Assembly (NCBI GenBank): GCA_963835065.1
Contig: CAWIEK010000054.1
Location: 79,062-143,061, forward strand
From: an uncultured Chthonomonadaceae bacterium
Lineage (GTDB): Bacteria > Armatimonadota > Chthonomonadetes > Chthonomonadales > Chthonomonadaceae
Direction of reading: 5' to 3'
DNA length: 64,000 bases
A program made the translations under genes and the position numbers. The notes beneath the pieces were generated by a model. That model saw only the letters and a program-made list of their open reading frames with translations, was not told the origin of the DNA and ran no database searches. Below, piece by piece: positions 38,598 through 50,353 of this stretch (its first letter is position 1; each line of letters starts with the position of its first letter).

Positions 38598-40010
38598 TTA
38601 GCGGTAATAGTTGTGGAGGGTCAGCAGCGCGCAGACATCCACGCCGACGAGAACCAGAACGGCTGCCACTCCAAGCCCTGCCTGAACCGACCGGGACGCG
38701 CGCCCTTGCGCCAGTACATTATAAACGGTTTTCGCGCCCACCGCTACCAAAACTCCGATACAGGCAAGGACGCAGAACCAGTAACGCCCCTGCGCCTGCG
38801 TATAGGTAAGGTTAAAAACAACAATGCCGGTGAAACAGCAGGCCACATAGCCGAGCGCGGCGCAAACCAGGGTAGCCTGATAACGTTCAGGCAGGCTTTC
38901 CCCGTTTTCAGCACTACTGCCCGCCTGCTTGTTTTGCTGCATAAGCCGGATTTGCTGCACAAGATAGAGAAAAACGCCTGCCCCGGTGATGCGCAGCAGC
39001 AGCGTATAAAAGGTGTAAATGCGCTCCGGCAGCGGCACAATCATCCAGCCGAACCTTCCAATGAACGATGTATACAACTGGAAGGGAAATTCCTCGCGGA
39101 AATAGTGTGACCGGAGGGTTTTACGCGCAATCAGATGCTCCAGCGAGCGCTGTTCCATTTGCGTCGCCAGCCAATCCCCGTACAGGAGGCGGTTGCGAAT
39201 CAACATCAGACTGCTCACCAGCAGAACCGCGCCGAACGTATAGGCCAGCCGTGTGGCAAAACCCCGCAGTCCCCACCGATCCCGAACGCCCGCCCAGCAC
39301 AGACACGCGAAAATACAGGGAAACAGAAACAGCCCTGTCTTTTTGGTGCAAAGCGAAAGCCCGGTGCAAACGCCCATCAGCACAAAGTCGGCGCGACGCG
39401 GCGATCCCGCCAGTATCTTGAAACTGTAAAATATCGCCGCTGTCGTCAGCAGGTTGCTGAGAACATCGTTGTTGATGTAAGCGCAATTGAACAGGAATTG
39501 CGGCAGCGTGACCGCGAACAAAGCCGGAACCGCCTGCCAGAGCGAATCGGGAAACAACAATTCCGAAATCTTAAAAATCAGAACCACCATGCCCGCGCCG
39601 GAAAGCAGCGAAAAGCAGCGTAACAGCATAAACGCCAGTTTCGCCTTGCCATCGGCGAACGTGCCGAATAGAAGGGGAGCCGGGCCGGGCGTTTCCACGT
39701 AAGTCACGTTCACCGCATAGGCATGCCCGCCATTGCTCACGCGAACCAGCAGCGCTCCCAGAATATAGTAGAGGGGCGGCTGATGCCCTTCATCGCGGAC
39801 GAACTCCGAGGGCATGTACTGGTTGGGCAAGTGCCCATGCGTGGCGACAAAGTTGATAAACGCGAGATGCGAAGGCTCGTCGGGGGCTTGTCCGACAGGA
39901 ATCAGGAACACGAACAAAGCGCCGACAGCCAGAAAGTAAAGCAAAATCCCCACGCGCAGATAATGCAGCAGGGTAGGCTTGCCGCCCCTCGTCTTGTTTG
40001 TGAATTTCAC
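38598..40010 (-). CDS. GT-C glycosyltransferase (DUF2142/PMT-like)
   Basis: APDEPSH, HQPPLYY, NND, TKK, QGRY; many TM. Confidence 0.8.
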   Translation of the reverse strand: MKFTNKTRGGKPTLLHYLRVGILLYFLAVGALFVFLIPVGQAPDEPSHLAFINFVATHGHLPNQYMPSEFVRDEGHQPPLYYILGALLVRVSNGGHAYAVNVTYVETPGPAPLLFGTFADGKAKLAFMLLRCFSLLSGAGMVVLIFKISELLFPDSLWQAVPALFAVTLPQFLFNCAYINNDVLSNLLTTAAIFYSFKILAGSPRRADFVLMGVCTGLSLCTKKTGLFLFPCIFACLCWAGVRDRWGLRGFATRLAYTFGAVLLVSSLMLIRNRLLYGDWLATQMEQRSLEHLIARKTLRSHYFREEFPFQLYTSFIGRFGWMIVPLPERIYTFYTLLLRITGAGVFLYLVQQIRLMQQNKQAGSSAENGESLPERYQATLVCAALGYVACCFTGIVVFNLTYTQAQGRYWFCVLACIGVLVAVGAKTVYNVLAQGRASRSVQAGLGVAAVLVLVGVDVCALLTLHNYYR

Positions 40011-40026
40011 GGCGTATCCTGAAATA

Positions 40027-40170
40027 CCTCACCCCAACCCCTCTCCTGGACGCTCGTTCCTCGCTAGGAGAGGGGCTAATCTGTTGCAATCCTCTCCTGA
40101 ACGCTCGTTCCTCGCTAGGAAGGGGCTATTGTTGCAACCTCTCCCATTCGCTCGTTCCTCGCCGGGAGAG
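40027..40170. repeat. Three tandem CCTCTCC..CGCTCGTTCCTCGC..GGAGAGG hairpins (REP-like)
   Basis: Three ~47-52 bp units visible directly. Confidence 0.75.
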
Positions 40171-40206
40171 ACTCTTTCCTAATGCCTAATGCCTAATGTC
40201 TAATGC

Positions 40207-41274
40207 CTACTCTGCCCATCGCTCCCGATTGTACGTATAAATCTCGTTGAGAATGTCGGACACGTTTTTGGTGTGCGTCCAGGCGGGATAGTGCGTCTTG
40301 AACTTGGTCATGTCGCTGATGTACCAGATGTGGTCTCCGATGCGGTTGTCTTCCACATACTGCGTTTTCATCTTGTTGCCTGTGATCTCTTCGCACATCT
40401 GAATGGCTTCCAGCATGGAGCAATTGCTGTAACGCGCCCCGCCCACGTTGTAGGCTTCGCCCTGACGCGGGTTCTCATAAAAATGGTAGAACAGGCTGAC
40501 AAGATCGTGGCTGTGGATGTTGTCGCGCACCTGCTTGCCCTTGTAGCCGAAGATGCGGTACTCCTTGCCCGTCGCGGCGCACTTCATCAGGTAGGCGAGA
40601 AAGCCGTGCAGTTCCGCGCCCGAATGTCCCGGCCCGGTCAGGCAGCCGCCCCGAAACACGCCCGTGTTCATGCCGAAATATTTGCCGTACTCCTGTACCA
40701 TCACGTCGGCAGCCACTTTGGACGCCCCGAACAGCGAGTGCTTGCTGGCGTCAATGGACATGTGTTCGTCAATGCCCTCTTTATAATAGGGGTGCGATTC
40801 GTCTATCTCCCAGCGCGTTTCGAGTTCCAAAAGCGGCAGGCGGTTGGGCGTGTCGCCGTACACTTTGTTGGTGGAAGTGAAGATAAACACGGCTTCGGGG
40901 CAGAATTGGCGCGTGGCTTCCAGCATGTTGAGCGTGCCGTTGGCGTTCACGGTGAAATCGGTAAACGGCTCGCGGGCGGCCCAGTCGTGGGACGGCTGCG
41001 CGGCGGTATGCACCACGAGTTTCACGTCGCTGCCGTACTTCTCAAAAATGCGCGACAGCCCGCCGAAATCCCGAATATCGGCGGCCTCGTTGGTGAAGTT
41101 GGGCAGGGACGAGGTAAGTTGGTTCAACTGCCACTGCGTCGAGGCTTCCTCGCCGAAAAAGTATTTGCGCATGTCGTTGTCAATGCCGACGATGGCAAAG
41201 CCCTTGCCGCTCAGATACCGCACGGCTTCGCTGCCGATCAATCCGGCGGAGCCGGTCACAATCGCTACGGACAC
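40207..41274 (-). CDS. NAD-dependent epimerase (CDP-paratose 2-epimerase-like)
   Basis: [31 protein letters not shown]. Confidence 0.88.
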   Translation of the reverse strand: MSVAIVTGSAGLIGSEAVRYLSGKGFAIVGIDNDMRKYFFGEEASTQWQLNQLTSSLPNFTNEAADIRDFGGLSRIFEKYGSDVKLVVHTAAQPSHDWAAREPFTDFTVNANGTLNMLEATRQFCPEAVFIFTSTNKVYGDTPNRLPLLELETRWEIDESHPYYKEGIDEHMSIDASKHSLFGASKVAADVMVQEYGKYFGMNTGVFRGGCLTGPGHSGAELHGFLAYLMKCAATGKEYRIFGYKGKQVRDNIHSHDLVSLFYHFYENPRQGEAYNVGGARYSNCSMLEAIQMCEEITGNKMKTQYVEDNRIGDHIWYISDMTKFKTHYPAWTHTKNVSDILNEIYTYNRERWAE

Positions 41275-42338
41275 TACTTTCCTCCCATGAACTTCTGGAA
41301 CTGCGCCTGATGCGCGTCCAGCCAGTGAAAAATGTCGGTTAAAATGGTTTCGGGGCTGCGCGTCGGCTTCCAGTCGAACGTGCCTTCTGTCGCGCCGTTG
41401 TCCGTCACGTACCAGATCACATCCGCGGGACGGTCTACGGCGTCGGGCGTCACGTCTACCATTTTACCCGTAATCGCCTGACATAAGCGCGTGGTTTCCA
41501 GCAGCGACAGGCTGCCGTTCGCCCCACCCCCCGCATGAAATACCTGCCCCCGGTAATCCTTAATGGCGGCAATCTGCTTTGTAATCAATTCCGTCAGGTC
41601 GGCGATGTGCAATAGATCGCGCACCTGCTTGCCCTTGCCGCCGAAGCCGATGTACTTGAGGTTTTTGCCAAAGATGTGCTGCGCCAGCCAGTAAGTGAAC
41701 ACGCCCTGATCCACTTTGCCCAACTGCCACGGCCCGGCAACCACGCCGCACCGGTTGATGATACACGGCAGGTCGTACTGGCGGCTGTATTCCTGCAAAA
41801 TGATTTCGGACGCCAGTTTGGTCGCGCCATACAGCGAACGCGCCCCGTCAAGCGGAAAATCCAGAGCAACGCCGCGTTCGCTGACGCCGGGTTTGTTGTC
41901 GGCGTACTGGAAGCGGGTTTCGCCCTCGGTAAAATTCAGTTCGTTCAGCGGCGTATACGGATACACGCGGGACGTGGACAAGAACAACACGCCCATGTTG
42001 CGCTGCCGGGCAAACTCGAAGCAGTGCAGTGAGCCGACGAGATTGTTGTTGAGCATGTACGTGGCGTCCGCGCCCTGCGTCCCGACAAGCACGGAGGGTT
42101 CCGCGCTGCACTCGATCATCACATCGAAGTCGCCCTTGAGCCGCTGCAAGTCTTCCGGGCTGCGAATATCGCCGTGCGCGAACGCGCCGCCATGCTCCAG
42201 AACCCGCGCCAGCAGCACTTCCGAACCGCGCCGCGATAAATTGTCCAGACAGGTGACGGAATGGCCCTGCCCCGCCAGCGCAACCGCCAGATTGGAGCCG
42301 ATAAAGCCGCACCCGCCCGTAATCAATAAGTTAGCCAT
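41274..42338 (-). CDS. NAD-dependent epimerase/dehydratase (RfbE-like paralog)
   Basis: [31 protein letters not shown]. Confidence 0.88.
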   Translation of the reverse strand: MANLLITGGCGFIGSNLAVALAGQGHSVTCLDNLSRRGSEVLLARVLEHGGAFAHGDIRSPEDLQRLKGDFDVMIECSAEPSVLVGTQGADATYMLNNNLVGSLHCFEFARQRNMGVLFLSTSRVYPYTPLNELNFTEGETRFQYADNKPGVSERGVALDFPLDGARSLYGATKLASEIILQEYSRQYDLPCIINRCGVVAGPWQLGKVDQGVFTYWLAQHIFGKNLKYIGFGGKGKQVRDLLHIADLTELITKQIAAIKDYRGQVFHAGGGANGSLSLLETTRLCQAITGKMVDVTPDAVDRPADVIWYVTDNGATEGTFDWKPTRSPETILTDIFHWLDAHQAQFQKFMGGK

Positions 42339-42521
42339 AAGAATTTACAAAGAATCTACAATGGGAAAATCAGTGTGACACATTCGTATATTGCAAGTTT
42401 CGTGCCAACCAACGCGGAATCAGGCAAATGTCTGAATTAAACGTGAATTTTGCGCGTATACCGGGGAAGCCGCCGAAACAAACCGGATTGGGAGAAGAAC
42501 AACCACTTGCTTATAGTATAG

Positions 42522-42676
42522 GTAACTATTCACCACCAAGTCTCCAAGAACACCAAGAAGAACGAAAAGAAGGACATTGTAAAATTGCAGAAGATATGGA
42601 AAGCTTAACACGTTCTGCTCTGGTGGTATTACCTGCATTACTTGGTGTTCTTGGCGTCTTGGTGGTGAATAGTTAC
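42522..42676. repeat. ACCAC-type palindromic element
   Basis: GTAACTATTCACCACCAAG...CTTGGTGGTGAATAGTTAC. Confidence 0.8.
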
Positions 42677-42740
42677 TATTATAGCAGACTTGCCGCGGAA
42701 AGCCGACAGCCGCGCCGGAGAAATTGTTCAATCACTCAGA

Positions 42741-44772
42741 TTACTCCGGTGGTTCCTGCATAAGACGTGGATCAAGCAACGACTGGAGTTCCGATTCTGT
42801 CACGGGATGCGCAATCATCGGGGGGCAGGAGGTGAGGTCAACTTCGATTTGCGGCTGCATCCAGAGGTTCGGTTTCCAGGAGTCTACCTCAAGTTTGAAA
42901 CTGCGCACCCTTTTTCGGGCCGCGCCGTGATATAAATGAACAAAATCACTCGTATTGTCCACGTAAGGGTCGAGCAGGAAATTCGTTTCCGCCATCGCGG
43001 GAATCAAGCGGCGGCGTACCTGCGTTCCATCTTCAAGACGAGCGATGATATAAATGGGAACCTGACGAACCGCGATGTCGCGCAGTTTGCCTGCCAGTGT
43101 GGGCCGCGTATGAACCGACAGCAGATGCCATGCCGTCGGGTCTGTTACGGGTATCTCCGTGCCGAAATCAACGCGGGAACGCGCAGAGCCGGTTTGCAGT
43201 CCTGCCGGTTGACGCGGCTGAGACGGGACGGCGGAAGTCCCGGCCTGGCGTTCAAACAGCACGAATCCCTTTTCGGACAAAACGGGGCGGTACTGCTTTG
43301 CCAATTCCTGCATCGCTTCGCTGTCTTCCAGCATCGGCCAGTGCTGATCAATGGGATATAAATTGAGCAGAATAAAGGCGGGCGCCTGGGAACCGCGATA
43401 AAAGTCACCGTTCATCTTGAGCAGGCCGGGCGTAAAGGCGGAGTAACTCAGATAAACGGGGCGCGGGCGATAGTTCAAGTTGTTGAGGAACGCCACGAAC
43501 TGGCTGGTCGAAATCACATCAATGGACGCAGCGCCAACATAAGCGTCAACGGCGGGAAGATGCCACCGCTGCGCCTCCTGCGTATACTGCGCATCCAGAT
43601 TATGCTTTACCCTGCAATGGCGCGAACACCATTTTTGCGATTGGCAGGGGATCATGCAGCATCCAGAGAATCTTCTCGCGGCTGCCTTCCCTGCCGCTCG
43701 CTTTGAAATAACTGAACAGGCTTAACAGTGCGCAGGCAATCAGCGCGGCTGCCTGCCACTTTGGCACTGCGCGGCAGGCTCCGAAATAGATGGGAAGCAG
43801 GAGGGGAACAAGGGTCATGCACCCGAAGAATATCAGTACATGCCCGTCTGCGCGAACAAAGCTATGCTTCCACACTTCCACAAGTATCAGGGCAAGGATG
43901 GCCCAGGAAAGCGCGTTTTGTTCGGGGTAGCCGCGTTGAATTTTCCAGGCCATGAAGATCACGGCAAACAGGATGAGAACGCTTAAAACCATGAAATCCG
44001 CGCTGATAGGCAGTCCCATCGCGCTGCTGTAGCCCGCGCTTACCGCCGTCATGTTTTTGAAGTACATCGGCAGCGTACTGATCGGCTGTTTCAGCAGGAG
44101 CCAGAGCGCAAAAAACAGGAGCGTGAAAATGCCGGCAGGATTGGCGTACCAGGGCCGCTGCAGCCGCTTATTGGCAAGCGAAGCGCAAATCACGACGCAG
44201 GCTCCGGCGATGAAAAACGTAAACTTCATAAAGCCGAGGATGTTGAGCGCGAATAGATTGACAAACAGATACCCCGGCTTGCAGTCTTTGGAGCCAAGCA
44301 ACAGCTGCGTGATGGTGATCAGCAGCATGTAGCAGGCAATATCCGGGTTGTGTTCAAACGGAATGAACACGCCGCAGGCCAGCAGAAAACCGGCCTGCAG
44401 ACGCCAATTTCCGTAGCCTTTCGCCAGACGAAACAGATTGTAAGCGAGCAGGCCGTACAGCGCGCATCGGAAGGCGAGGTACCACCAGAAAAGTTCCGGG
44501 TCATACACGCTGGTAAAAAAATAGCCCAGCAGGGTTGTAGGGAAAACGTAATCCACGCCCGCGTGAAAGCCATGTTTCAAAAAGTAGGCGTTGCAATACA
44601 TCCACGAACTGTCCAGCATCGCCGCCGTTGTGCCGTGTGGGACAACAGGAACCATCAACAAGCGCAGCCACAGCAGCGCGCCGAGGCCGCCGAGCAATAT
44701 ATCTGCCGAATGGCGCGTAAGCCAGTCTTTCAGGGAAGCATATAGTGGTATCGTGGAGTGTTTTGGAACCAT
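42741..44772 (-). CDS. Polytopic membrane protein, paralog of 35492-37618 (frameshift ~43611)
   Basis: LDSSW, GVDYVFPT, KHSFVRADGH, RPVYLSYSAF, NGDFYRG. Confidence 0.75.
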
Positions 44773-44825
44773 AACCGGAGAAAAGAAGGTTCTGTCTTGT
44801 TTTGACAGAACCTTCCTGCCTGTTT

Positions 44826-46643
44826 CTACTCGCTCTTTTTATGTGGTATGGGACGCAATCCGAGTTCCTTCAATTGCGATTCATCCACGTCGGAAGGCGA
44901 GTCCATGAGCGGGTCGTAGCCCAAGCCCATTTTGGGGAACGCCATCACTTCGCGGATGTTCGGCTCGTCCAGCAGGTTCATAATCAGGCGGTCTATGCCG
45001 GACGCGAACCCGCCGTGCGGCGGCGCTCCATAGGAAAACGCTTCCAGAATGTGCCCGAACCGCTCCTGCTGCTTTTCCTTGCTGATGCCCAACAGGTCGA
45101 AGACGCGCGCCTGTATGTCGGAGCGGTGGATACGGATGCTGCCCGACGCCGACTCCTGCCCGTTGCATACGAGGTCGTAGCACTGCGCCCGGATTTTGCC
45201 CGGATCGGTGTCGAAGTAGGCCAGATGCTCCTCATACGGCATGGTAAACGGATGGTGTTCCGCGTCCCAACGGTTCTCGTCCTCGTTCCACTGCACGAGC
45301 GGAAAGTCCGTGACAAGGCAGAACGTCAGCTTGTCGGGGTCGCGCAGGTTCAAGCGCCGCCCGATTTCCAGCCGCAGCCGCGAAAGGACATTGGCGACAA
45401 CCGCTTTTTTCGGGTCGGCAATGATGCCGATCAAGTCACCGGTTTCAGCTTCACACGCGCTCAGTACCTGTTCCAACTGCTCTTCGCTCAGGAACTTGGC
45501 AATCGCGGACTTTACGCCGGAGGAGAGCGGCTGCGCGGTTCTGTCCGTGACCGCAATCGTCGCCAGTCCCTTCGCGCCGAACTCCTTGCAGAACTCGCCC
45601 AAGGTGTCCACGTCCTTGCGCGACAGGCTTGCTCCGCCCGGATAGCGAACGGCCTTCACCTGCCCGCCCGCTTCCAACGCGGTTTGAAACACGCTGAAAC
45701 TCGATTCGCGGACGAGTTCGCCCAAATCCACAAGGGTCAGGCCAAAGCGCAGGTCGGGCTTGTCGTTGCCGTACAGGCGCATGGACTCGTCATACGTCAG
45801 GCGCGGAAACGGCGTGACCATTGTTTTCGCGCTGACCCGGCTGACCACTTCCGTCGTCACGCGCTCGATGACCTGCAAGACATCTTCCTGCGTGACAAAC
45901 GACATTTCCACGTCCAGTTGCGTAAACTCCGGCTGCCTGTCCGCCCGCTGCGCTTCGTCCCGGAAACAGCGCGCGATCTGGAAATACCGCTCGCACCCGC
46001 CCACCATCAGCAATTGCTTGTACTGCTGCGGCGATTGGGGCAGGGCGTAAAACTGTCCCGGCTGGATGCGGTAGGGAACCAGGTAGTCCCGCGCGCCTTC
46101 GGGCGTGCTTTTGGTGAAAATCGGCGTTTCGATTTCCAGAAAGCCCTGCTCGTCCATCACGTCCCGGATGATTTTAACCGCCCGATGCCGCAGTTCCAGC
46201 ATCTGGTACATCTTGGGACGGCGCAGGTCAATGTAGCGATGCTTCAAGCGCAGGGTCTCGTCCACATTGACCATCTGCTCCTCGTCGCTGACCGGGAACG
46301 GCAGCGTTTTGGAAGCGTTCAGCACGTCTATGGACTTCGCCGCCACTTCGATCTCGCCCGTTGCCAGTTTGGGGTTTTCGCGCCCCGCCGCCCGCCTGCG
46401 CACGGTTCCGCGAACGCTGAGAACGTACTCGCTGCGGACGCTGTTGGCAAGCGCCACCAGTTCCGGCACATCGTTTTTATCTATCACGACCTGCACCAGA
46501 CCCGTGCGGTCCCGCAGGTCAATAAAGACCAGATCGCCAAAATCGCGCTGCCGGTGAACCCAGCCGTTGAGCGTCACCTCCGTGTCAACCTGTGCCGCCG
46601 TAAGCGCGCCGCAATGCACGGTACGCTGCCAGTTGCCTGCCAT
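44826..46643 (-). CDS. aspS: Aspartate--tRNA ligase
   Basis: FIDLRD, PEGARDYLVP, LPQSPQ, RCFRDE, HHPFT, APPHGG. Confidence 0.97.
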   Translation of the reverse strand: MAGNWQRTVHCGALTAAQVDTEVTLNGWVHRQRDFGDLVFIDLRDRTGLVQVVIDKNDVPELVALANSVRSEYVLSVRGTVRRRAAGRENPKLATGEIEVAAKSIDVLNASKTLPFPVSDEEQMVNVDETLRLKHRYIDLRRPKMYQMLELRHRAVKIIRDVMDEQGFLEIETPIFTKSTPEGARDYLVPYRIQPGQFYALPQSPQQYKQLLMVGGCERYFQIARCFRDEAQRADRQPEFTQLDVEMSFVTQEDVLQVIERVTTEVVSRVSAKTMVTPFPRLTYDESMRLYGNDKPDLRFGLTLVDLGELVRESSFSVFQTALEAGGQVKAVRYPGGASLSRKDVDTLGEFCKEFGAKGLATIAVTDRTAQPLSSGVKSAIAKFLSEEQLEQVLSACEAETGDLIGIIADPKKAVVANVLSRLRLEIGRRLNLRDPDKLTFCLVTDFPLVQWNEDENRWDAEHHPFTMPYEEHLAYFDTDPGKIRAQCYDLVCNGQESASGSIRIHRSDIQARVFDLLGISKEKQQERFGHILEAFSYGAPPHGGFASGIDRLIMNLLDEPNIREVMAFPKMGLGYDPLMDSPSDVDESQLKELGLRPIPHKKSE

Positions 46644-47513
46644 AGAGCAACCTCCTGCCTGAAAAATCAATGCGGAAAAAGTGGGTATCATTAAGACAGC
46701 GCAGACGCGCTGCAGGTTGCGCTCCGTAACCACAAAACGTGAAAATAGCCGCGAATGAACGCGAATGAACGCAAATAAACTGTCAATACCCCTTCATTCT
46801 ATCTCATTTTGCCTCGTTCTGTCCACAGCCGGAACTTCTTACGCAGGGTCGGCGCCTCTAAACGGAAAAAGAAAAAGAGTATGTAGAGACAGCGTCGAAA
46901 TCTTGGCAATGCAGCGCTTCCAGCCCGATGTCTCGTTGTGTCAGATTGTAAGAAGAGAGGCGTCGTGACCTCGTAAGCGTCAGGGCGAACGGGGAGAGTG
47001 TACAGGCATCTTCTTGCACCTCCCTTCCGGGTTAGTTGATAGTTGAGAGTTGATAGTTGATAGGCACTATGAACTTTCAACGTCCCGCCACCTGGCTCGT
47101 TAGCAGTCTCTACTATGTAGACGTGCATTTACATTTAGACGAGGTGAAGACAGAGAAGGTTCATTTGATTCTGCTGTTTATGTAGATATTTTTCTACTTT
47201 TTGCGCGTTCCTTTTGGATTGGGCAACCAGGAGGAGGGACGCAGGCGCAGCACAGGGGCGAATGTATCCCGACGGGAGGGTGTTGAGCATTTTAGATGCG
47301 CCGGCCCTGACTTATTACGCGAGGCAGGGATTACCGTTTTGCGCGGCGAATAGAGTGGCAGCATCCCAAATTTCCGAATACCCGGCTGTACGGCCTCCGT
47401 ATTATTGTTCAGGCGACAGGTGAATTTGTCAGGATACCGCCTTTTATTCTATAATATTTATGTTGCTATATCAATGTTCTTGCCTGCCGCCATCTGCGGA
47501 GGAGAAGTAAATT

Positions 47514-48517
47514 ATGAGTGCGCCGAATAAAGACCAGAACCCCGTATTGATTGCTGCAATGATTACCGCGATTGCCGCGATAATCGCCGCCCTGATCTCA
47601 GGCACAATGGGAATTTATGCTGCCGGCAGATCCAATGGGTCGTCAGCAAACATCGTTACCAACAAGCCGCCTGCGCCTACGCCGGGAACATCCCCTGGAC
47701 AGTCCTCCGGCCCGTCTCCGATAGAGTCGCGCAATCCATCCACGCCGATTTCATCAGGCCCGCTTCCCTTTGAGCCGCCGCGCAGGGATCCCCCGGCGAC
47801 AAAAATCAACCCCAAAGATGGGGCGGAAATGATCTTGATACCCGCCGGCGCGTTCCTCATGGGCAGCAAGGCTGGGAATTATGAGGACGAAAAGCCGCAG
47901 CGCAGCGTGGATATGGATGGCTATTACATCTACAAATATCCGGTGACGGTGACGCAGTACCGCAAGTTCTGCGAGGACACAGGAAGAACAATGCCTGCTG
48001 CGCCCTCGTGGGGCTGGAATGCGAATCATCCGATGGTGAATGTGAGTTGGGAAGACGCGGACGCTTATTGCAAGTGGACAAGTGGAAACAATCCGGGCAG
48101 TGTGCGACTGCCGACGGAAGCGCAGTGGGAAAAAGCGGCGCGCGGTACAAACGGGCTGATATACCCCTGGGGTAACAATTGGGACGCCAGCCGTTTGCAG
48201 TGTTCAAAGAAGACCTTTACGACGCGGGCGGCACGGCTCCCATAGATAGTTTTGAGGCGGGGCAAAGCCCCTATCGCGTCATGCACATGGCGGGGAACGT
48301 CTGGCAGTGGTGCGCGGACTGGTATGACAAAGACTACCTACAAAACCGCGCCGGAGCAGAACCCAACGGGGCCGAGTTCCGGCTCGGATCGCCGCGTCCT
48401 GCGCGGCGGTTCGTGGGTCGACGACGATCCCGACAACTTCCGCGCCGCCAACCGCCTCGGGTACAGCCCTACTACAGGGACAACTTCGTGGGTTTCCGCT
48501 GCGCCTCAGGACTTTGA
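47514..48517 (+). CDS. Membrane-anchored FGE-sulfatase (SUMF1) domain protein (three 1-bp frameshifts)
   Basis: F.MGS, VTVTQY, PMVNVSW, RLPTEAQWEKAARG, YPWG, MAGNVWQW, RVLRGGSW, GFRC. Confidence 0.85.
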
Positions 48518-48519
48518 GT

Positions 48520-49027
48520 ACCCGGCCATGAATGGCACGGGCTGCGAACGGTAAGCCGGATAAATCCGGCTGTAGAAGTGGTTTTGTTTCGGTAATGCAG
48601 GCGGTTTTATGCAGGGGTACTGGTACACCATCAAGGTAGAAGAGTTAGGTAGGGGCGCTGCTTGCCGCGCCATCGTTTGAGGATTTGCACCCTCATTTGC
48701 GGAGGGTTCCGCATGTTTGCGGAGGGTTCCGCAAGCAGAACCCCTACAGTGTATTCTTACGTTCACCCTTGACGGAGTACGTAGGTGTACAGCCCCGTTT
48801 ACGGGGCTTACCTTGCGCAGCCCGATGAATTCCTGCGCTATAAAAAACGATTGTCCTGCGGACAAATTTACCATGAAGATTGTGCCTGCGCAGCAGCCAC
48901 TCGCTTTTTCCAGCGCAGGCAAAGAATTTAATTGGTTTTTCGGCGCATTTTTGCGGGCACAAACCTGTAATAAGGAACCTTGTCCGCAGGACAATCGTTT
49001 TTACAGCGCAGGAATTAATTCCGGCGC
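48520..49027. repeat. Cluster of nested REP-like palindromes
   Basis: GGGCTGCG..GGTAAGCC / GGCTTACC..CGCAGCCC pair; GTAGGGG..CCCCTAC; CCTGCGCT..AAAAACGATTGTCCTGCGGACAA / TTGTCCGCAGGACAATCGTTTTT..AGCGCAGG. Confidence 0.7.
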
Positions 49028-49130
49028 ATTTTACATATCAGATCAAAAATTCAATATATAAAAGCGATGCGCGGCGGCTGGTAGCCTCTGGTGACGGTCG
49101 CCGCCATCCCCTGAAATGGGAGTGAACGGC

Positions 49131-49715
49131 ATGGTAATCGCACAACCAACCCCTGCGTTAAAGCGGCTGACCTACGAGCAGTACATGGCGGAGGGTGAAA
49201 TCAACCAGAGGTACGATATCCTGGATGGAGTACGTTTCGTGACCAATCCGACGCGGCGGCATCAACGTATCCTGCAAAATTTACTACGGTCATTTGAGGA
49301 CTATCAGAGGGCGAGCGCCACAGGGCAGGCCATCATTGCGCCGTGTGATGTGCTTATCTCGCGGTATCCCTTGCGAACACGCCAGCCGGACATATTGTTC
49401 ATCAGTAATGAGCGCCTGGCGCAAAATCCGCCTCCAGAGGATCCTGCGCCTCTCAGCCCCGCGCCGGAACTCGTGATCGAGATTATTTCACCAGCCGATA
49501 CGCCCGCTGTCCTTGCAGACAAAATCGCCGACTACCAATCGGTACATGTGCGCGAGATATGGGTTGCGCGGGCTGTCCTGCAAACCGTTGAGGCGCTGCT
49601 GTTGACGCCAACCTCCGTACAAGTGACGGCAACGTATGGTGTTGGAGACACAGTGCAATCCACAGTGTTCCCCGGCCTTTCCTGCGCGGTCTCGGACATT
49701 TTTGCGGAACCATGA
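49131..49715 (+). CDS. Uma2-family endonuclease-like protein
   Basis: YDILDG, P..RHQ, RQPDI, PELVIEIISP, K..DY...VREIW. Confidence 0.9.
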   Translation: MVIAQPTPALKRLTYEQYMAEGEINQRYDILDGVRFVTNPTRRHQRILQNLLRSFEDYQRASATGQAIIAPCDVLISRYPLRTRQPDILFISNERLAQNPPPEDPAPLSPAPELVIEIISPADTPAVLADKIADYQSVHVREIWVARAVLQTVEALLLTPTSVQVTATYGVGDTVQSTVFPGLSCAVSDIFAEP

Positions 49716-50140
49716 CAACCCTGATGAGAGACCGAAGAAGACTACTACATTGCGGCGTAAATACGCGCAGGGTTTTCGTCCGCAGGACGATTGGCCGCAG
49801 GCCTTTCCAGCCGGTATTTTACATACCGGCTGGCGCAGCGTACTTTGCTTTAGTCATGGCTGCAGGCTGCGCAACGAAGCAACCGTCTGACCGACAGCCG
49901 GACGGCAAGGCGCTGTATACAACCTACTGCGTCAGTTGTCACGGCGCGGATGGGCGCAATGACCGCAGCGGCGCGACCCCGGCCATGCGCCTTTCAGTGG
50001 CGAACTCCCTTTCCGAAGCGGACTGGAACGCGCTTGTTCTGACCGGGCGGAAACAAATGCCTGCCTTTCAGAACCGCCTTGCCCCTGCCGAACTCCGTGC
50101 TTTACGCGCTTACGTTCGGCAGCTAACGGCGCGTCCGTAA
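49712..50140 (+). CDS. Cytochrome c (start uncertain)
   Basis: CVSCHG heme motif; GRKQMPAF. Confidence 0.8.
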   Translation: MTTLMRDRRRLLHCGVNTRRVFVRRTIGRRPFQPVFYIPAGAAYFALVMAAGCATKQPSDRQPDGKALYTTYCVSCHGADGRNDRSGATPAMRLSVANSLSEADWNALVLTGRKQMPAFQNRLAPAELRALRAYVRQLTARP

Positions 50141-50353
50141 CGTCTGTATCTGCCTACGCTGTTTGCCCGCCTGCTGAATACATATTTGTTTCATTTTTCG
50201 TAACTCCATTGCCGCCACGCAGGAATTTACATTCTTAATGTGTAATAGGCCGGTGAACCGCGCGGCAGCCTCTTTTCAATGCTCTTCGCGCCTGCTCAAA
50301 TGCTCTTTGCGCCATACTTTGCGCTACTTGTTTGTTCCACTCCGAGGGTAGTT

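Noticed and set aside
40027..40170. Mini CRISPR array
   Set aside because: Three degenerate hairpin units with similar intervening sequence; REP-like
46750..47460. T-box/6S or other ncRNA upstream of aspS
   Set aside because: No recognisable T-box or other motif; only short 10-bp and 7-bp arrays
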